From assembly GCA_964016885.1 (NCBI GenBank), contig OZ024740.1:58032001-58096000 (forward strand): 64,000 bases of DNA, in the 5' to 3' direction. The notes under the pieces are model-generated. The model had not been told where the DNA came from, made no database searches, and worked only from the letters and a program-made list of their open reading frames with translations. The DNA comes from Eledone cirrhosa. Taxonomy: Eukaryota. Of this stretch, positions 22,721 through 36,846 are shown piece by piece. The translations under genes and the position numbers were made by a program. How positions within the stretch are numbered: the first letter of the stretch is position 1; every line of letters starts with the position of its first letter.

Positions 22721-24287
22721 CAGTAACGGCCATAATGGTTCAGACACCTAAATATCCACCACAAAACTTTCATTAGCTTCAAAACTAAGGAACATTATGA
22801 ACTCAAAGTTGATACATGCTAAATTATAAATATCAACTGAATATGGCTTAAATGATGCTTGTTTAGAATCATTGAAAAACATGTTGCAAGGTAAAGAGTA
22901 TTTCTATTAAAAATTGAGGTCAAAATGATTTGGACATTGTTCGAACTTACTTAATTACTGATGTATGTGCATGTTTGGCTGCTGTGAGGCATGCCTAAGC
23001 ATCATGCACTAACACAACATGTCTAGGGGCCTTGAAGCACCTGCCTCTATCCAGGAGACAATTAAGTTGCACCAGGAAGATTGTCTAACCATCAGTCATA
23101 ACTGACCCAAAAGTGTCATACATGATATACTAAAAAGATATGATGCCACAGGCTCATGTAACTGGAATTTCAACAGGTAGACCAAGAAAAACCTTGAAGA
23201 AAGATGATCAAGCCGTTGTCTGTATTGTAAAACAGACCATTTCTAGACAGCAGCAGTGGTTTCCTGTGAAATAAACGACTCTGGGCATCAGTATCTCCAG
23301 GAAGACTATCATGCCACCTAATGAAACAAAATATGCAAGCTTATACTCCAGCAGTCAAGCTGTTGATCAGTAAGAAGAATAAGAAAACTCAATTATTCAT
23401 CACCACTAAACATGTTCTATGGACAGAAAACCAATGAGCTAAACCACTTCAGCAATGAATTGAAGTTTAACTTGTTTGGGTCAGATGGCAGAAAGTTTGT
23501 TTGTCAAAAATTAGCAGCTAATTGCAAGAAGAAAAGTGTTAAGTTTGGTGGAGGAAGTGTTATGGTGTGAGGCATAATTTCAGCAGAAGGTACTGGCTCA
23601 CTTGTACGCTTGCATGGCAAGGTGAATGCTGACGTATATAAAGAACTTTTATAGGAACATTCAGTACCTCATATGAGGGCCACCTCGGCCCAACCTGCAA
23701 TTTTTATACAGGATAATGCTCGTTGCCATATGGAAAAGTTTGCGAGAACTTTCCTGGAGCAGGAACAAGTATCATGGACTGGCCTGTTCAAAGCCCCATC
23801 TTCATTCCGATTGAAAATGTTTGGAAGATGTTAGGTGAGAAAACAAAGGAGAGAAACCCAAGCACAATCGAAGAACTTTGGAAAATATTACAAAATGAAT
23901 GGAAGAAAATAACACTAGGAGAATGCCTTCACTTAGGCTGCTCCTGTGGCAGATGTCAGAGCATAACTGACAATAAGAGTTTACTTACTAAGTACTAGTA
24001 TATTTTAGCAGCCACAAGTTTATTAGTTAACTGTGTTGTTATACTCTTTTATCCACTATATTATATTATGTCTGAATCATTTTGACCAACTCAATTTTTG
24101 AATAAAAATACTCTTTTGCTCATAACTTGCATTTCAATGATCTGAAACAAATATAATTTTAACCATATTCAGTTGATATCCATAATTTAACATGTATCAA
24201 TTTTGAGCTTTTAGCGGTTTTCAGTTTTGAAGCTACTGAAAGTTTTGGGTTGGACATCTAGTTGTCCGAACTATTATGGCCATACTG
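22721..24287 (+). mobile_element. complete but decayed Tc1-family DNA transposon
   Basis: TA|CAGT...ACTG|TA ends. Imperfect TIRs of about 155-170 bp (22721 to about 22877 vs about 24133-24287). Transposase remnants between them. Confidence 0.92.
23019..23998 (+). pseudogene. Tc1 transposase pseudogene
   Basis: Fragments GRPRKT, KFGGGSVMV*G, IQDNARCH and MDWPVQSPIFIPIENVW; multiple stops and frameshifts. Confidence 0.9.
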
Positions 24288-24360
24288 TATATACATAAGC
24301 TACTGAGGATAATTTTATAGAAAAAAAAACAAAAAAAAAACGTCTTTATAAGTATATATT

Positions 24361-25103
24361 CTGTTTGAACAAAAAAATTTGCACTTTTGGAGAATGAGAA
24401 ATTTCACAAATTTGTGCACACCCTGGGCCGGTAAAAGAATTTATTTGGGTCATTTTCATCCAACTTGAAAATATGTCAAATACCTTGAGAATTATTCACT
24501 GTGTTCCACCCAAACATGCTCATATATGTCCTTAATAGATTCTACATTTGTTAAAATTGATTATTTTGAAGTATTTCAATGAAAAAGCTTTATTTTTACA
24601 ACTAAACATATCTATTTGAAATTTTGCCTAATTCCAACCAATTTAATGTCAAATTTCTTTACAATTATTAACTTGGTTGCTCCAGAAGTAACATTTAGTG
24701 TTTATATAAGTTATTCTACACCTGTTAGGACAAAGAAATTTCTGCTTTTGGAATATTCAAAATTTTAAAAATTTTCACACATCTGCTCCTGTCGAAAAAC
24801 TTATTTTAGTTGTTTTCACCTAACCTATAAAATGTCAAATATCTCAAGAATTATTCACTTTGTTGCACCTAAACATGCTAAGATATGTTCCCAATAGATT
24901 CTATATTTAAGATTGATTATTATGTGGTAATTGAATGTAAAAATAATAATTTTATTTTTACTACTAAACATACTTATTTGAAATCTTGCCTCATTCCATC
25001 TTGCTTAATGTCAAATTTCTTTACAATTATTGATTTGGTTGCACCAAAAGTGGCATTTACTGTTGATCACTTTATACCTGTTAGGATGAAAAAAAAATTC
25101 CAC
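24361..25103. repeat. diverged tandem duplication, period about 360 bp
   Basis: Matching blocks, e.g. atgtcaaata..gaattattcact..aaacatgct and taatgtcaaatttctttacaattatt, recur about 360 bp apart. Units begin near 24361, 24721 and 25077. Confidence 0.85.
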
Positions 25104-25155
25104 TTGATAAACATTTATTTAGTTTCAATGTGAAAATAGAACCCTGGATAAATTA

Positions 25156-28100
25156 GAGGAGTGTTGATGGCATCTTAAAGGTGGTGGTGGTGTTAATTTA
25201 CAAATCTGCAGACTCAATTCCCGGGCCCCCTTTAAAATATGTAGTGACCCATACCATTCACTGAAATCATACTAAAAAATTTTTCCAAGGGCCGGAACCA
25301 CCCTGTACATACCCCCTGAAGTTGAGGATGGTCGAAAAGAAGGAAAAGTCTGCTATTATTGCACCTATACTCGATATTTTTTCATCACAAGGGGGGTTTT
25401 TGGGGTCGATAAACTCATTTATGGTTTCTTTTTTGCACTACGACCATCCAATATGCCGGAAATGCCGGATATGGGAAACTGTTATTGAACCAACTATATT
25501 GACTAATATATCATTTTTCATGAATGGCTTATTTTAAACGCATTTCCGAAGACAAAATGAGCTTAACTCTAGTCTATGGCTTGAAAAAGTTATTATGCAT
25601 GATTCATTGGTACATTATCATTGGTTTATTTTAAATTATAATTGTTCAACAAGTGATCTAAAGCATCTTTAAAGTCCTGAACAGTAGCATCCGTTTTGCA
25701 GCTGACTTTCTCCAGATAAACCCTCAGATTTCGCACGTAAGTATCCACATCTAGTTTCTGATAATTTCTTTTCAGTTTGAAAATGTCGCTGGTTTTTGGT
25801 ATCGATAGCGAAGTGTCCCTTGCATATCTAATTTCTAAATACAACCTTTCTATTTTATCTGTTTCCGAAGCTGTATCGCTCTCCATATATGTATCTATCT
25901 CCTCCTTTTTAGTGAAAGGACCACCTACAGATTTTAGATAATCAAGGTCCTTGTTTCGTCGCTTGTCGGTGGCGATATTGGCATTTTTCTTGGTTGCGAG
26001 GCCTTCGCGTGTCAACTCCTCCTTTCTTACAGTCCATGCTTTCATAATTTCTGGTATTTGGCCGCCTTTTCTAACCAACTTCCTGTATTTGACGAAAGAC
26101 CCCGACTCATTTTCGATCAGGTCTTTAGCTTTCATCTTTACTTGAGATGAAGAAGCGGCGGCCAATTGTTTCGCGCCTCGGTGAGTCAATTCGTAATTAA
26201 TAAAGCCCACGCCTCTTTCTAAATCGAGGTTGTGAATAGCCGCTTTTTCAAGTTTGGCAGTGTCCATCTTTGATAAGGCGTATGGAGAATCGTGGGCTTC
26301 TCCAAATCCGAATATGTCGCACTTTTGCTTCTGGAAGCCATCACCCAACTTCGGTAAGAGCACCTTTATGACTTTGAGTACATCATCTCAACTCGCTGGT
26401 CACCGCATTTATTGCATCGCACATTTCGTCATCATATCGGATCTGTCTGAAACGTTCTTCTGATACGAAACTCAAAGCTGGTTGGTCGGTAGATAATAAT
26501 TTGCTGGGATCAATATGTATCAAATCGTCGTAGATCTTATTGAAGGTTATCGCCAGTTTGGGATAGTCCGTCGCTTGTGCAGTCGTGAGTGATAAGAATG
26601 GCTCTACCAAATGCAATCCGATGATAACTCCACTGCAGAACAACACCCGGAGGAAGTCCATATTCATGAAACAGCACACTATGCACGCCAACTGGTTAGT
26701 TACATGTTCGAATTTCTGAACGTATGCGGCTACATCGTCTAGGTGATACAGCGTAACTGCACAAGTTATGGTAAGCCGATTGAACCGTTCATCTTTCAAT
26801 GAAACGGACTTGTTTTTGTGTGGATGTATAAACGAGTCAGTCATTCGCCTTGTTCCAATTTTTGTGGTAGAAATCATGGCATATCAATCTTGTTATACAG
26901 TCGAGGGCTTGCTCTGTGACGCTTGAGGCATTAGTAGTTGCATTCACTAGAAAACTCGAGAAGATTTTGTCTCTACCAAATTTTGTTTTCAATTTCAGAC
27001 CATAGCTTTGTCAAAACCCTGTTGAACATGAGAGAAGGATGAACATTACAGAAAAGAGGGTCTGGAACGTGTTCAGTCTCTAGTTTTTCAGTTAGGATCA
27101 CCTCAACATCGAAATTGTGGGATGTCTGATCAGTTGTCACAAAATCAATTTTTTCGAAGAGCAATTTGACTTGCAGCTTCTAGTATGGACAAAACAGCCA
27201 ATTTTAAATCAGTCAAGTTCTGTCGCGATTCAGGCGCTATCGGTAACGTAGGAAGCGCTCTGTACTTTCCACCAACTGTCATGCCCTGTACACTGAAAGA
27301 TCCAACACCTTGTTTTTTGGACCCGTCGTCGTGATAGGTAATCACGCTGTTGGTATCTGAAGACATGATTTCCTTAACTATGCAGTCCAGTGCCATCATT
27401 TCAATACTTTTCCGCTCTCTCGAATATTACGTTTATGAGGTAAAGTATTGATATCGATCACGTCGATTTCGTCCATTCCCTGTCAAACAATTTATTTCCA
27501 ACAACTACTATCGCGGCATTAGCCTGATTTTCAGACATATGAGTTATGGATTTCAGTTCATCGATAATTTCGTATACTTCCGGCTTTATTATCCTCTCAC
27601 TGATTCGTAGGTGTCTGAAACATGGGGGTAGAAGATCATCTCCGAAGTCCAATGATGCCACACCATTACGGTTCTTAGGAACTGACGGCGCACTGTCAGA
27701 TGAGAAATCAATGTCCGCAACTTGTTCGTTGTCTTCGGTAGAGTCCGAAGACACATCCATAAATAATTGGATTATTTCTTGCTCTTTTTCAGCTCTCTGC
27801 CTCTGTCTTTCCAAAGATTCAATGTCACCTTTCCTCCTTTTCATTGTCTTTTCGCACTTTTTATCTATGAAATTCTCACAAAACCTTTCACAGTCCTTGC
27901 GCTGATCATGAAGGAATTCCCACTCATTGTCCGTCATGCTGACTCCGTGGTAGTTTTCTAGTCTCTTCCTCACTACGGCATTCTCGCAGAATATATCAAA
28001 TATATAATCCACTTCGTTGTTAAATTTTTTAACCTCCAAGTATTTTTAATTTCTCCTGTTCTTCCTCGTTTGATATAGTCGTTGAAATTCTGCATATAAT

Positions 28101-28860
28101 TGAAGTATTTTCCATTTTATATGTTTTATCGTCACTATATATACGTTACAGAAAATCCAGTGTTCTGATAGCACATATGAGAGGGACAATGCTGCTTCTT
28201 CTTTTGATCTCTGACTCTGGCCTGCTCGTGATGGTCGCATTAGATACATCATGTTTGTGATAACATTCCTTTTTGTGGGTAGAAGTCCATTGGGGAATCC
28301 TGCAGTTTCCACATATTCCAGTTCACCGAGAATCTTCTTCGCAGACGATCACAATGGTAATTTTGTGTGCCTGTATGCCATTTCAAAAATTGGACATTAA
28401 TCTGAAAGTACGAAAGATATGGTGCATGTGAGATCACAGGGAAATACAGGTTCAGCTACAGAAGGAAGCAATAACGAATTCGGTAGACGTTAAACATGAG
28501 GAACTATTTATTACATGAGACAACATAACTCTTGCAGTGAAAAATTATTGTACCCGCCATATCGAATTTTGGTCGCCATCTTGGATTTTGGTTGCTATTC
28601 TGGATTTCCAGGTCGTAATGCAAAAACAATACCATAAATGAGTTTATCGACCCCCAAAACCCCCATTGTGATGAAAAAATATCGAGTATAGGTGCAATAA
28701 TAGCGGTCTTTGCCTTCTTTTTGACCATCCTCAACTTCAGGGGGTATGTACAGGAGGGTTCCGGCCCTCGGGAAAATTTTTTAGTATGATTTCAGTGAAT
28801 GGTATGGGTCACTACATATTTTAAAGGGGGCCCGGAAAAAATCTATATTTATCACCCCTC
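25156..28860 (-). mobile_element. Sola-like (Sola2/Sola3) DDE DNA transposon
   Basis: Termini GAGGAGTG...CACCCCTC followed by TTAA (left flank ATTA). 225-bp subterminal inverted repeats at 25221-25445 and 28611-28835. Long transposase remnant inside. Confidence 0.75.
25626..28381 (-). pseudogene. about 900-aa DDE transposase broken by a few stops and frameshifts
   Basis: Six abutting ORF pieces. Candidate catalytic motifs ITYHDDGS, FVTTDQTSHN and HNLDLERGVG; CxxH motif CNVHP; N-terminal LPTK and WEFLHDQR. Confidence 0.8.
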
Positions 28861-31789
28861 TTAAAGGGAAGATCAAACTAGCAAGTTTCATATTTGATTA
28901 AAGACTCATCAGAGATTATTTACCTCATTTTATAATCTACCAAGATTAAGAAGCATAGATCTTATAGATGTAAAAAATTTAACAAGCATAACATAATTCA
29001 CAATGGTACAAGGTTGATGGTGAAACACTATTTACTATATTATTAGTACAGTGTGTTCATGATTAAATATGTATATTAGTGCAGAGATAGTACTTGAGTC
29101 GTGTTAAGATATAACAACCTCTTTAGTGCTGGTGCCATAATAAAATTTTCCCAGTACACTCTGTAAAGTGGTTTGTTTAGGAAAGACATCCAGCTATATA
29201 AACTATACAAACAATGAAACGTATTGAGACATTTCAGAGGACAGTAGCTTCAATTATCTGTAATGTCCAGCACATGTCAGTATGGAAAGACATATAAAAT
29301 GATGATGCTGGTGGAAGTCATATTCTATATGTTTAATAAATATATATTTAGTCTTTTGAAAATAGAGCCTGTGGATAAACTATAGTGATTTGGTTGTGAA
29401 GATCTAAATGACTAATTTTATCTTAAAGTCTCATTGGTACTTTAGTTCTTAATGCCCAACTGTCTTTCAACTTTGTTCCATTATGTAAATTTGTTATGCT
29501 TGTCATAATTTTGTTTGTTTCCTATATAAAGTCTATGCTTCTTACCATGCTTTACAAGCTGCAGAAGTTAAGCAGTCTCTGATAAGTCTTTAGTGAAAGA
29601 CAAAACTCTAGTTGATTTAATCCCCAATTCAAGCTGCTGAAGCCTCTAGTTTATTAATGGGGTCTAATTTCATAGTTAAGCTAAAAATGTGTGCATTAAA
29701 CATATTATATATGACTTCCATATACATATTTATTGGTAAATGTAGTTTGGTATAACAATTTAAACTTTAAATGTAACCTCACCAGAATTTAAATATAACA
29801 TGCAATTTGTTGTATTTCCTATAAGAATCAATAGTTTATGGGTTTTGATATAAAATTCCCCTGTTGATATGCATTATATCTCTGAGCAAATTATTTTTCT
29901 CCATACTTATACTGGTCCTAGAGATATTCTTAGAGATAATACTTGTAGTTTTCTTGCACAGCACTAACCTATGATCTCTAAAATTGCTTCAAGTAGTGTA
30001 ATGGTGCATTTAGTTAATTTAGATATATGAGAAACTCATCTTCTTTCTCTGGTTAGCAGTAGTAAAAGCATCTTGTGAAATATTTGTCTATATATAACAT
30101 TTGCATTGCTACATTTAATGTTATATACATATGTTAAATACTGCAAATAAATGATAATGCTTTGTTACATAGGCACTAGATAATACATTTTGCCTGAAGT
30201 ATAAGTGAGAATGTCACAAATATATTTCTTTGTTTTCAAATTTCAACAACAGAAAGTATTAAATTTAGTTATTAATTTAGTATTTTATTTGAATGTGTAA
30301 TAATTGTTTGTCATTTTCAGCTATCACAGAAAAATATTAATATAATATGACTTTAGGATCCAAACTTCCTGTAAAATTTATTGTCAATGTATATGTATGG
30401 CGTTAGAACTGTTGCTTGTTACTGCTGTACACAACTTCCTTTTGTGTTGAGCAGACAGAAAAAGGCAGCTGTTTCTTTATTTTTCTTGTTCATATTTCCC
30501 TGTCATATAATATCTTGTTTTATACAGTTTAATCTTAAATGGTGGCAAATTATCAGAGTTGTTAGAGTGTCAGATATAATACTTTGCACTATTTGTTTTA
30601 CTTCTCTGTGCTTTGAGTTCATGTCCTGCCAAAGTTAACTTTAATCTGTTTGGGATCAATAAAGTACTTGTCTAGACTAATGGCTTCGTGGAATCATTAA
30701 CTAGTTCATCAGGATTCCTTGCATTATCTGTTTGTACTTTTTGTATTCTGAATTCAACTTTCACTTGCTTGTTGTGGGAAACAGATAGAGGAAGGGTAAT
30801 GGAGGTACAAGGGAGTGGCTGTCACCACTAGAGGCAGGTATGAAAGGGGTACAACATTTCTTCTGGCCCTATGATGCCTATTAATTATAACATGTATATA
30901 TCAACAATACATTAGGATACTGCAGTACTGTATTTAAAACAATAATTCCATTTGATTAGTCAGTTACAATGCTCACATATGTACCAAAATAGCTACATCA
31001 TTATTTGCCACATTTAGCCCAAAATTTGAACTGGTTGCTAATCAGCACTTGTAAATTGTAAGGGACTGATATGACTAGATACTGATCAAGACTCTTTGCT
31101 GATTCAATTGTGCTAATTTTACTACATCCTTAAAATATGCAAAAAACAAACTAAATGCATGGCACAATCATACTGTGTTTGCAACTTTCTATGCTATGAT
31201 ATTTGTGCTCATCTACTTCATATTTGAAATCTTATGTTGATTTCTTTAACCTCTAAAATAACACCAGTCCAAACATATGCAATTGCTTGAATATTTCAAG
31301 AGAATATTCACCTTGACTCTAATGCACCATTCTGAACCATCACTGTCAAAGGTAAACTGTAATAAGTCTCTATCCTGTAATATATGGAATGTAACAATTG
31401 AAGGCACCACACTTACTGTCACAGTTATGTATCTTTTGAGTGTATTTGTGAAAACAATATATATTGTAAGTGTTTAATTACTTCTGTCTAAGGTATTTAT
31501 TTTAGTATGCTGAACAACAGAATTTGTTCGTTATCTTTTTCATATATTGTTAATAAGCCACTGCTAACTGAATCAATAAGGTTCAAACTCTATCCACAGC
31601 ACAGCTTTTCAGGTATGGGCCAGATATTTACTTTTTGTTGGTGCACTCTGTAGTGAGTAGTTACTGCTTATTACTTTGATGTGTTGAGTTGCATCAACAC
31701 TATTATTGTCAGCATTTAAATATCCGTACTTTAAAGCTGATATATGCTGGATGGATTGCAATATGACATATAAGCATATATTTCTTTGT

Positions 31790-32070
31790 TTCATTTCTGC
31801 ACCATCTTATTTATCTGTTTAAACATTCTCACATCTAATATTATTTCTTTCCATGTCTTATTTGGTCCACTTATGCCTCTTTTAGATATTAGATTCTGAC
31901 CTTTCAACCAACAAATGTGACCCATTCTTATTACATGCCCATACTAATGTGGCCTCTTCTTTGTCTACTGGCCTCTTCATTGGCCAGTAGCTTTAATTCC
32001 TAATTTCTTTTTCAGTTCACTTGTATTCAGCTTTTCAGGTAATTAAATGTTGCATATCCAGGTGCTATAT
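31790..32070 (-). mobile_element. old RTE 3' coding remnant
   Basis: Minus-strand translation fragments WICNI..ELKKKLGIK..YGHVIRM. Confidence 0.55.
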
Positions 32071-33667
32071 TTCACCATTAAGGAGCATTACTTTTCTTAC
32101 ACAACCATTATAAATATTGTCTTTCAAACTTAAACTATAATACTCTTATTGGAACATATCCTTCACTTTTGTTCACATTGTTCAGAAGTATGAATGTTGA
32201 ATAATTTATTCTACATGGAGTCATATTGACAAATAAATTATCTGGTGAAAAATGTTTGTTGCATTTTCTCAATTATCCAAGATCTGGAAAGGCAACAGCT
32301 ACTGAATACATAAGGGTAATTTTATAATTCCAATGTATTTTTTCTAATTGTATATGTTGAAAGCACAAAATCGTTCTAGAAATAACCTTTGAATTGCATA
32401 CTCAGTACTGTTCATCTGTAAACTTTGGCTCTGCACACAAGATACAATGGAATCACTAGTGGACTAACATAGAACTATGACTTTTAGATGCACTAAATGT
32501 ACATGATTAGTTAGTAGCAGAAACCATGAAACAGTTCAATTACTCTGATGATTAGAAATACAGTAATGAAAGAATTAAAGTGTTGTACTGTAGTCCTGGT
32601 CACACACAATGCAGCTGAATTATGGCACATATGTATTCAGCCTAGCTATTATGACTAGTGCCTGCAGAAGTGACTGCACTCCTATTGACATAAAAGTGGT
32701 AAATGTCATCTGATGGGTTAAAAACTGTTATTTGGTGACAGTGGAGGGTAAGAGTAAGAAATGGCAAGTGGTGGGGTCAGATGTAAAAATATTGGACCTC
32801 ATAATGCAAATGACTGTATAACAGATCTAGCCAAATATCTAGATACAAAAGTGTTATGAAGTTTATAGTGGGTTGTAACTGTCTGAGAAAATTACTTCAT
32901 TTTAAAAGAATATTTAATAGTAATTAAAAGATGATTAAGAAGCTAGAGGTAATGTTTGTAGTTCATTAAAAATTACTCCAAAAATTAAAAACAAATTAAA
33001 TAATTAGAACTTATTGTGAATTCATGAAATAGACTATTGTAGATATGATGCCATAAAATGTCTAAGAATCTGTACACTTTTCTTTTAAACTATTATGATT
33101 TTTCTTTTCTTAACAGATGATGCATTTCATTTTCTAAATGAGTTTTCAATTTCTAAATAAGTTTTCAATTTCTTGATATTTATTTCCTCTCTGGTATCCT
33201 TCCGTATGAATTAAAAACTTAAATTAGTGTTGAAATGAATTTTCAAGCAACATTGATCTCCCAATATCCCCAAACTCTGTTTTGTGGTGTGTGTCTATTT
33301 ATAGCTGGAATAGATTAAAAGTTGTTTTGCATCTTTTGAATAACTATTACATTCAGTTTTATATTTTATTTTTACAAATTTTTATTTCCTATAATCTTTG
33401 ATTAAAAAGTGAAATACAAATCATTAACACTTAATAGTCAATTGAATGTTGCTTGCTATATGTGTAACAACTGAGAAACATTTTAATCACTGTGCTCTAT
33501 GAATTTGTTATATTCAATGAGATGAAAAATATTGCTTTTCAAAGTTAGCAGTTCACTGTTTTTATATTTTGTAAAAGAATCATTAAAAGTATACCTTGAA
33601 ACTTCATTTTATAATTCCCCAGTATGCTTTATTAAAGGCAATTACTTGAACTATTAATGATTGTATG

Positions 33668-33960
33668 AAGGCACGTGTATTAGTAGTTAGGGTGTTTGAT
33701 TCTGGATAGGGTGGTGTATTGTGTCCTAAAACAATTTATTTCACATTGTTACTGTCCAAAATTCAGTTGTACCAGTAATTCAAAGGACTAGCCTTGTCTC
33801 TCACTGAGTCATGCTTGATATATCTGAGAATTAAATTATGAGTACACATGTTCGTGGAATGCTCAACCACGTGTATGCTAATTTCACTAGCAGGCTGTCC
33901 CATTGATCAAACAACTGAAACACTTATTGTTGAAACCAAAAGAGGTCCAACAACGACATC
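33668..33960 (+). mobile_element. SINE family 3 (diverged)
   Basis: tRNA-like head; similarity to the reverse complement of 3965-4145. Confidence 0.55.
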
Positions 33961-34140
33961 AATCATTGCAAGAAAAGTGAGTTGCACAAATACAAGAATG
34001 CCTATATTTAGTCACATCCCTTTATATCCTGAGTTCAATTCATACTAGGTCTCAATAAAACAAGTACCAAAATGTATTGCAAAGTTGATTCAATCAACTA
34101 TTTCCTTTCCTTGCATATTGGTAAATCAACAATGAATTGA

Positions 34141-35080
34141 TCATCATCATCATAATCATCGTTTAACGTCCATCTTACACGCTAGCATGGGTCTGGACGG
34201 GAATTTTCCCACTTGAGGCAAGATTGGTTGTCTTGCTCAGGACAGTCTGGCGGGTTTTCTACAGCTGGATGCACTTCCTAACACCAACCACGTTTACAGT
34301 GTGAACTGGGAGGTTTTTACCGTGTTACCTACACGGCCACATTATAAGCGTGGACTGTGTGTTTTTTTTGTCGTGACACCTACACGATCTCATTTATTTA
34401 GGACTGGATGTTGTGGTACCAACATAGCTTTACATCGAAAGGGGTGGTGTAGATGGCGGTGGGGGTAGGGGTAGTGGGACGGGGGTGTATTTTGGTTAAG
34501 AGGTGCCTACTGACTGTAGGTTTCGCTTTGTACTCAGGCAAGGCGTGTCTTCTGTATTACTACGTAGCGCCAAAGATCTCGGTCCAGTGACATTGTCTCG
34601 GAGAGGTGTAAGTGTGTGAGGTCGGATTTTATGAAGTCGTCCCAGGTTTTTCTGGGTCTATCTACTCCGTAGCTACCGTCTATTTTGATCGCCCTGCACT
34701 TTTTTATACAGCTGTCGTCTTTCATGCGCATCACATGACCATACCAACGTAGTCTTCTCTTGAGTAAACAGCATCTGATCCCTCTTATTCCTAATTTCTC
34801 ACTTAGTTCATTTATGCTTTGCTGTTCGCGTATATTACTATTACACATCCAACGGAGCATGCAAGCTTTGTTCCTCTCCAGTCTGTGTAGATCCTCTACA
34901 CACAAGGGCCATGTCTCACTGCCATGTAACATCTCTGTTCGTATGCAGGCATCATACAGGCTGCCTTTTATTTTTAGAGAGAAACCTTTAGCGGCCAATA
35001 GTGCTATAAGCTCTCTGAACTTTTTCCATCCCGTTCGGACTCTAGCTACAGTACTTTCGGAGCACCCCCACCCCTGCTGA
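34141..35080 (-). mobile_element. 5'-truncated RTE subfamily A
   Basis: ORF 34534-35142 (ARVRTGWKKFREL..LHGSETW..RLRWYGHV), 3' UTR and (GAT)n tail. Confidence 0.92.
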
Positions 35081-35221
35081 AGTGTAAAACTAGTTCTGTA
35101 GTCATTATTCTTATAGTTATTTTTCTTGAACATGAAAAACATGCCTGAGATATAAAAGCTGAAATTTTTTTTATTGCCTGTAAGTTAATATAAATCTCAG
35201 ATAAAAAATATTAGATACGTA

Positions 35222-35381
35222 CAGGCATAGCTTTGTGGTTAAAAAGTTCACTTTGTAATTATGTAGTCTTGAGTTTATTCCACTGCACAGCAACTTGAGC
35301 AAGTGTCTTATACTATAGCCTTCAGCCAACCAATGCCTTGAGTGGAATTTGGTGAGCAGAAACTGAAGAAACTCATTGTAT
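35222..35381 (+). mobile_element. SINE family 2, 5' part
   Basis: tRNA-like head and CTTGAGCAAGTGTCTT core; interrupted by the RTE tail at 35382. Confidence 0.65.
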
Positions 35382-36490
35382 ATCATCATCATCATCATCA
35401 CCATTTTATGTCCATTCTTTCACACTAGCATGGGTTGGATGGGTTGTCCTGTTGTGGGCAGTGCCAGGTTGGGTAATCTTGTCTTGCTCATAGGGGAACT
35501 GATTTGGGCTTGATTTCTACAGCTGGATGCCCTTCCTAACATCAACCTCATTTACAGTGAGTGCTGGGTGTTTTTTTACCATGGCGCCTACATGACCACT
35601 TTACAGTGTGGGCTGGCTGCTTTTTTGTCGTGACACCTCCATGACCACTTTGCAGTGGGAGGGGGATGGGGGCATATAGTCTATATGCTTCGGCTTCAGC
35701 TTGTACCCGTGGAAAGTCGGGTCTTCTGTATTACTGCGTGACTCCAGAGGTCACGGTCCTATGTCATCCCCTTTGAGAGATGCAAGGTCAGCTTTTATCA
35801 CCTCATCCCAGGTCTTCTTGGGTCTCCCCACTCCAAGGCTTCCTTCGACTTTTAGTGCTCTGCACCTTTTTATACAGCTATCATCCTTCATACACATCAC
35901 ATGTCCATACCAACGCAACCTGCTCTCCTGCACACAGCATTTGATTCCTCTTATGCTCAGTCTCTCTCTCAGTTCATTTATGCTTTGCCGTTTGCATATA
36001 TTACTATTACACATCCATCGGAGCATGCAAGATTCGTTTCTTTCTAATCTACCTAAGTCTTTTACACACAGCGCCCAGATCTAACTACCATGTAACATTG
36101 CTGTTCGTATGCACACATCATACAGTCTGCCTTTCATTTTGAGTGAAAAGCCTTTTGCACCTAGCAGTGGTAGTAACTCCCTGAACTTCTTCCATCCAGT
36201 TCTTATCCTGGTTACTGTACTTTCAGAACACCTACCTCTGCTGCTAATTCAGTCACCTAGGTAGCAAAAGCTGTCTAATGTTTCTATAGATCCCTCCCAG
36301 AGTTTGATCATGCTTGTTTCCTGTGGCCATTTGCTGCTTACTGCCCCCTTGCAGCTGCTACATGTAAAGCCTACATTCTTAACTAAGCTTCCTGAGATCC
36401 CACTATATCTCTTGTGTATCCATGGTTTGCATTTGGGGCAGGGGATGGAATTCCTACCTACATCTTTCCTACATACTGAGCAAGGCCATT
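35382..36490 (-). mobile_element. 5'-truncated RTE subfamily B-like copy
   Basis: Begins at KWPCSVC (PHD start) and runs to the 3' UTR and (GAT)n tail; homologous to 19730-20804. Confidence 0.9.
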
Positions 36491-36815
36491 AGTTATTGCT
36501 TTATTAGGTAGGTATTTATAATATAAATTAACAAAAGGCTCTCATATCAAATTATGTTGGAAGGTTTTAATTTAGATAGGGACTCTTTATAATGAGTAGT
36601 TTTGATTTGTGGAAAAATGGATATAAAACGATGATGATGATATAGTAATTTTATCTATTTGTAGACAATCAGAAATTATGATCCTCTCATAGGCTTCTAT
36701 AATGAAAGTACTTATTGTAAAATTATACTGAAATGTCTAGGTATATATTTTCTTAAATTAACTTATATCTCATTAGGAAATGTTTTGTACTTTTCCTATT
36801 CGTTTTGTCATTAAT

Positions 36816-36846
<31 letters not shown>

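Noticed and set aside
25401-25413. GGGGTCGATAAA shared between the Sola inverted repeat and the SINE-1 core
   Set aside because: Only 12 bp with no flanking similarity; likely coincidence.
25322-28734. Paired similar ORFs 25322-25537 (+) and 28504-28734 (-)
   Set aside because: They are translations of the transposon's inverted repeats starting at TTG; no coding evidence.
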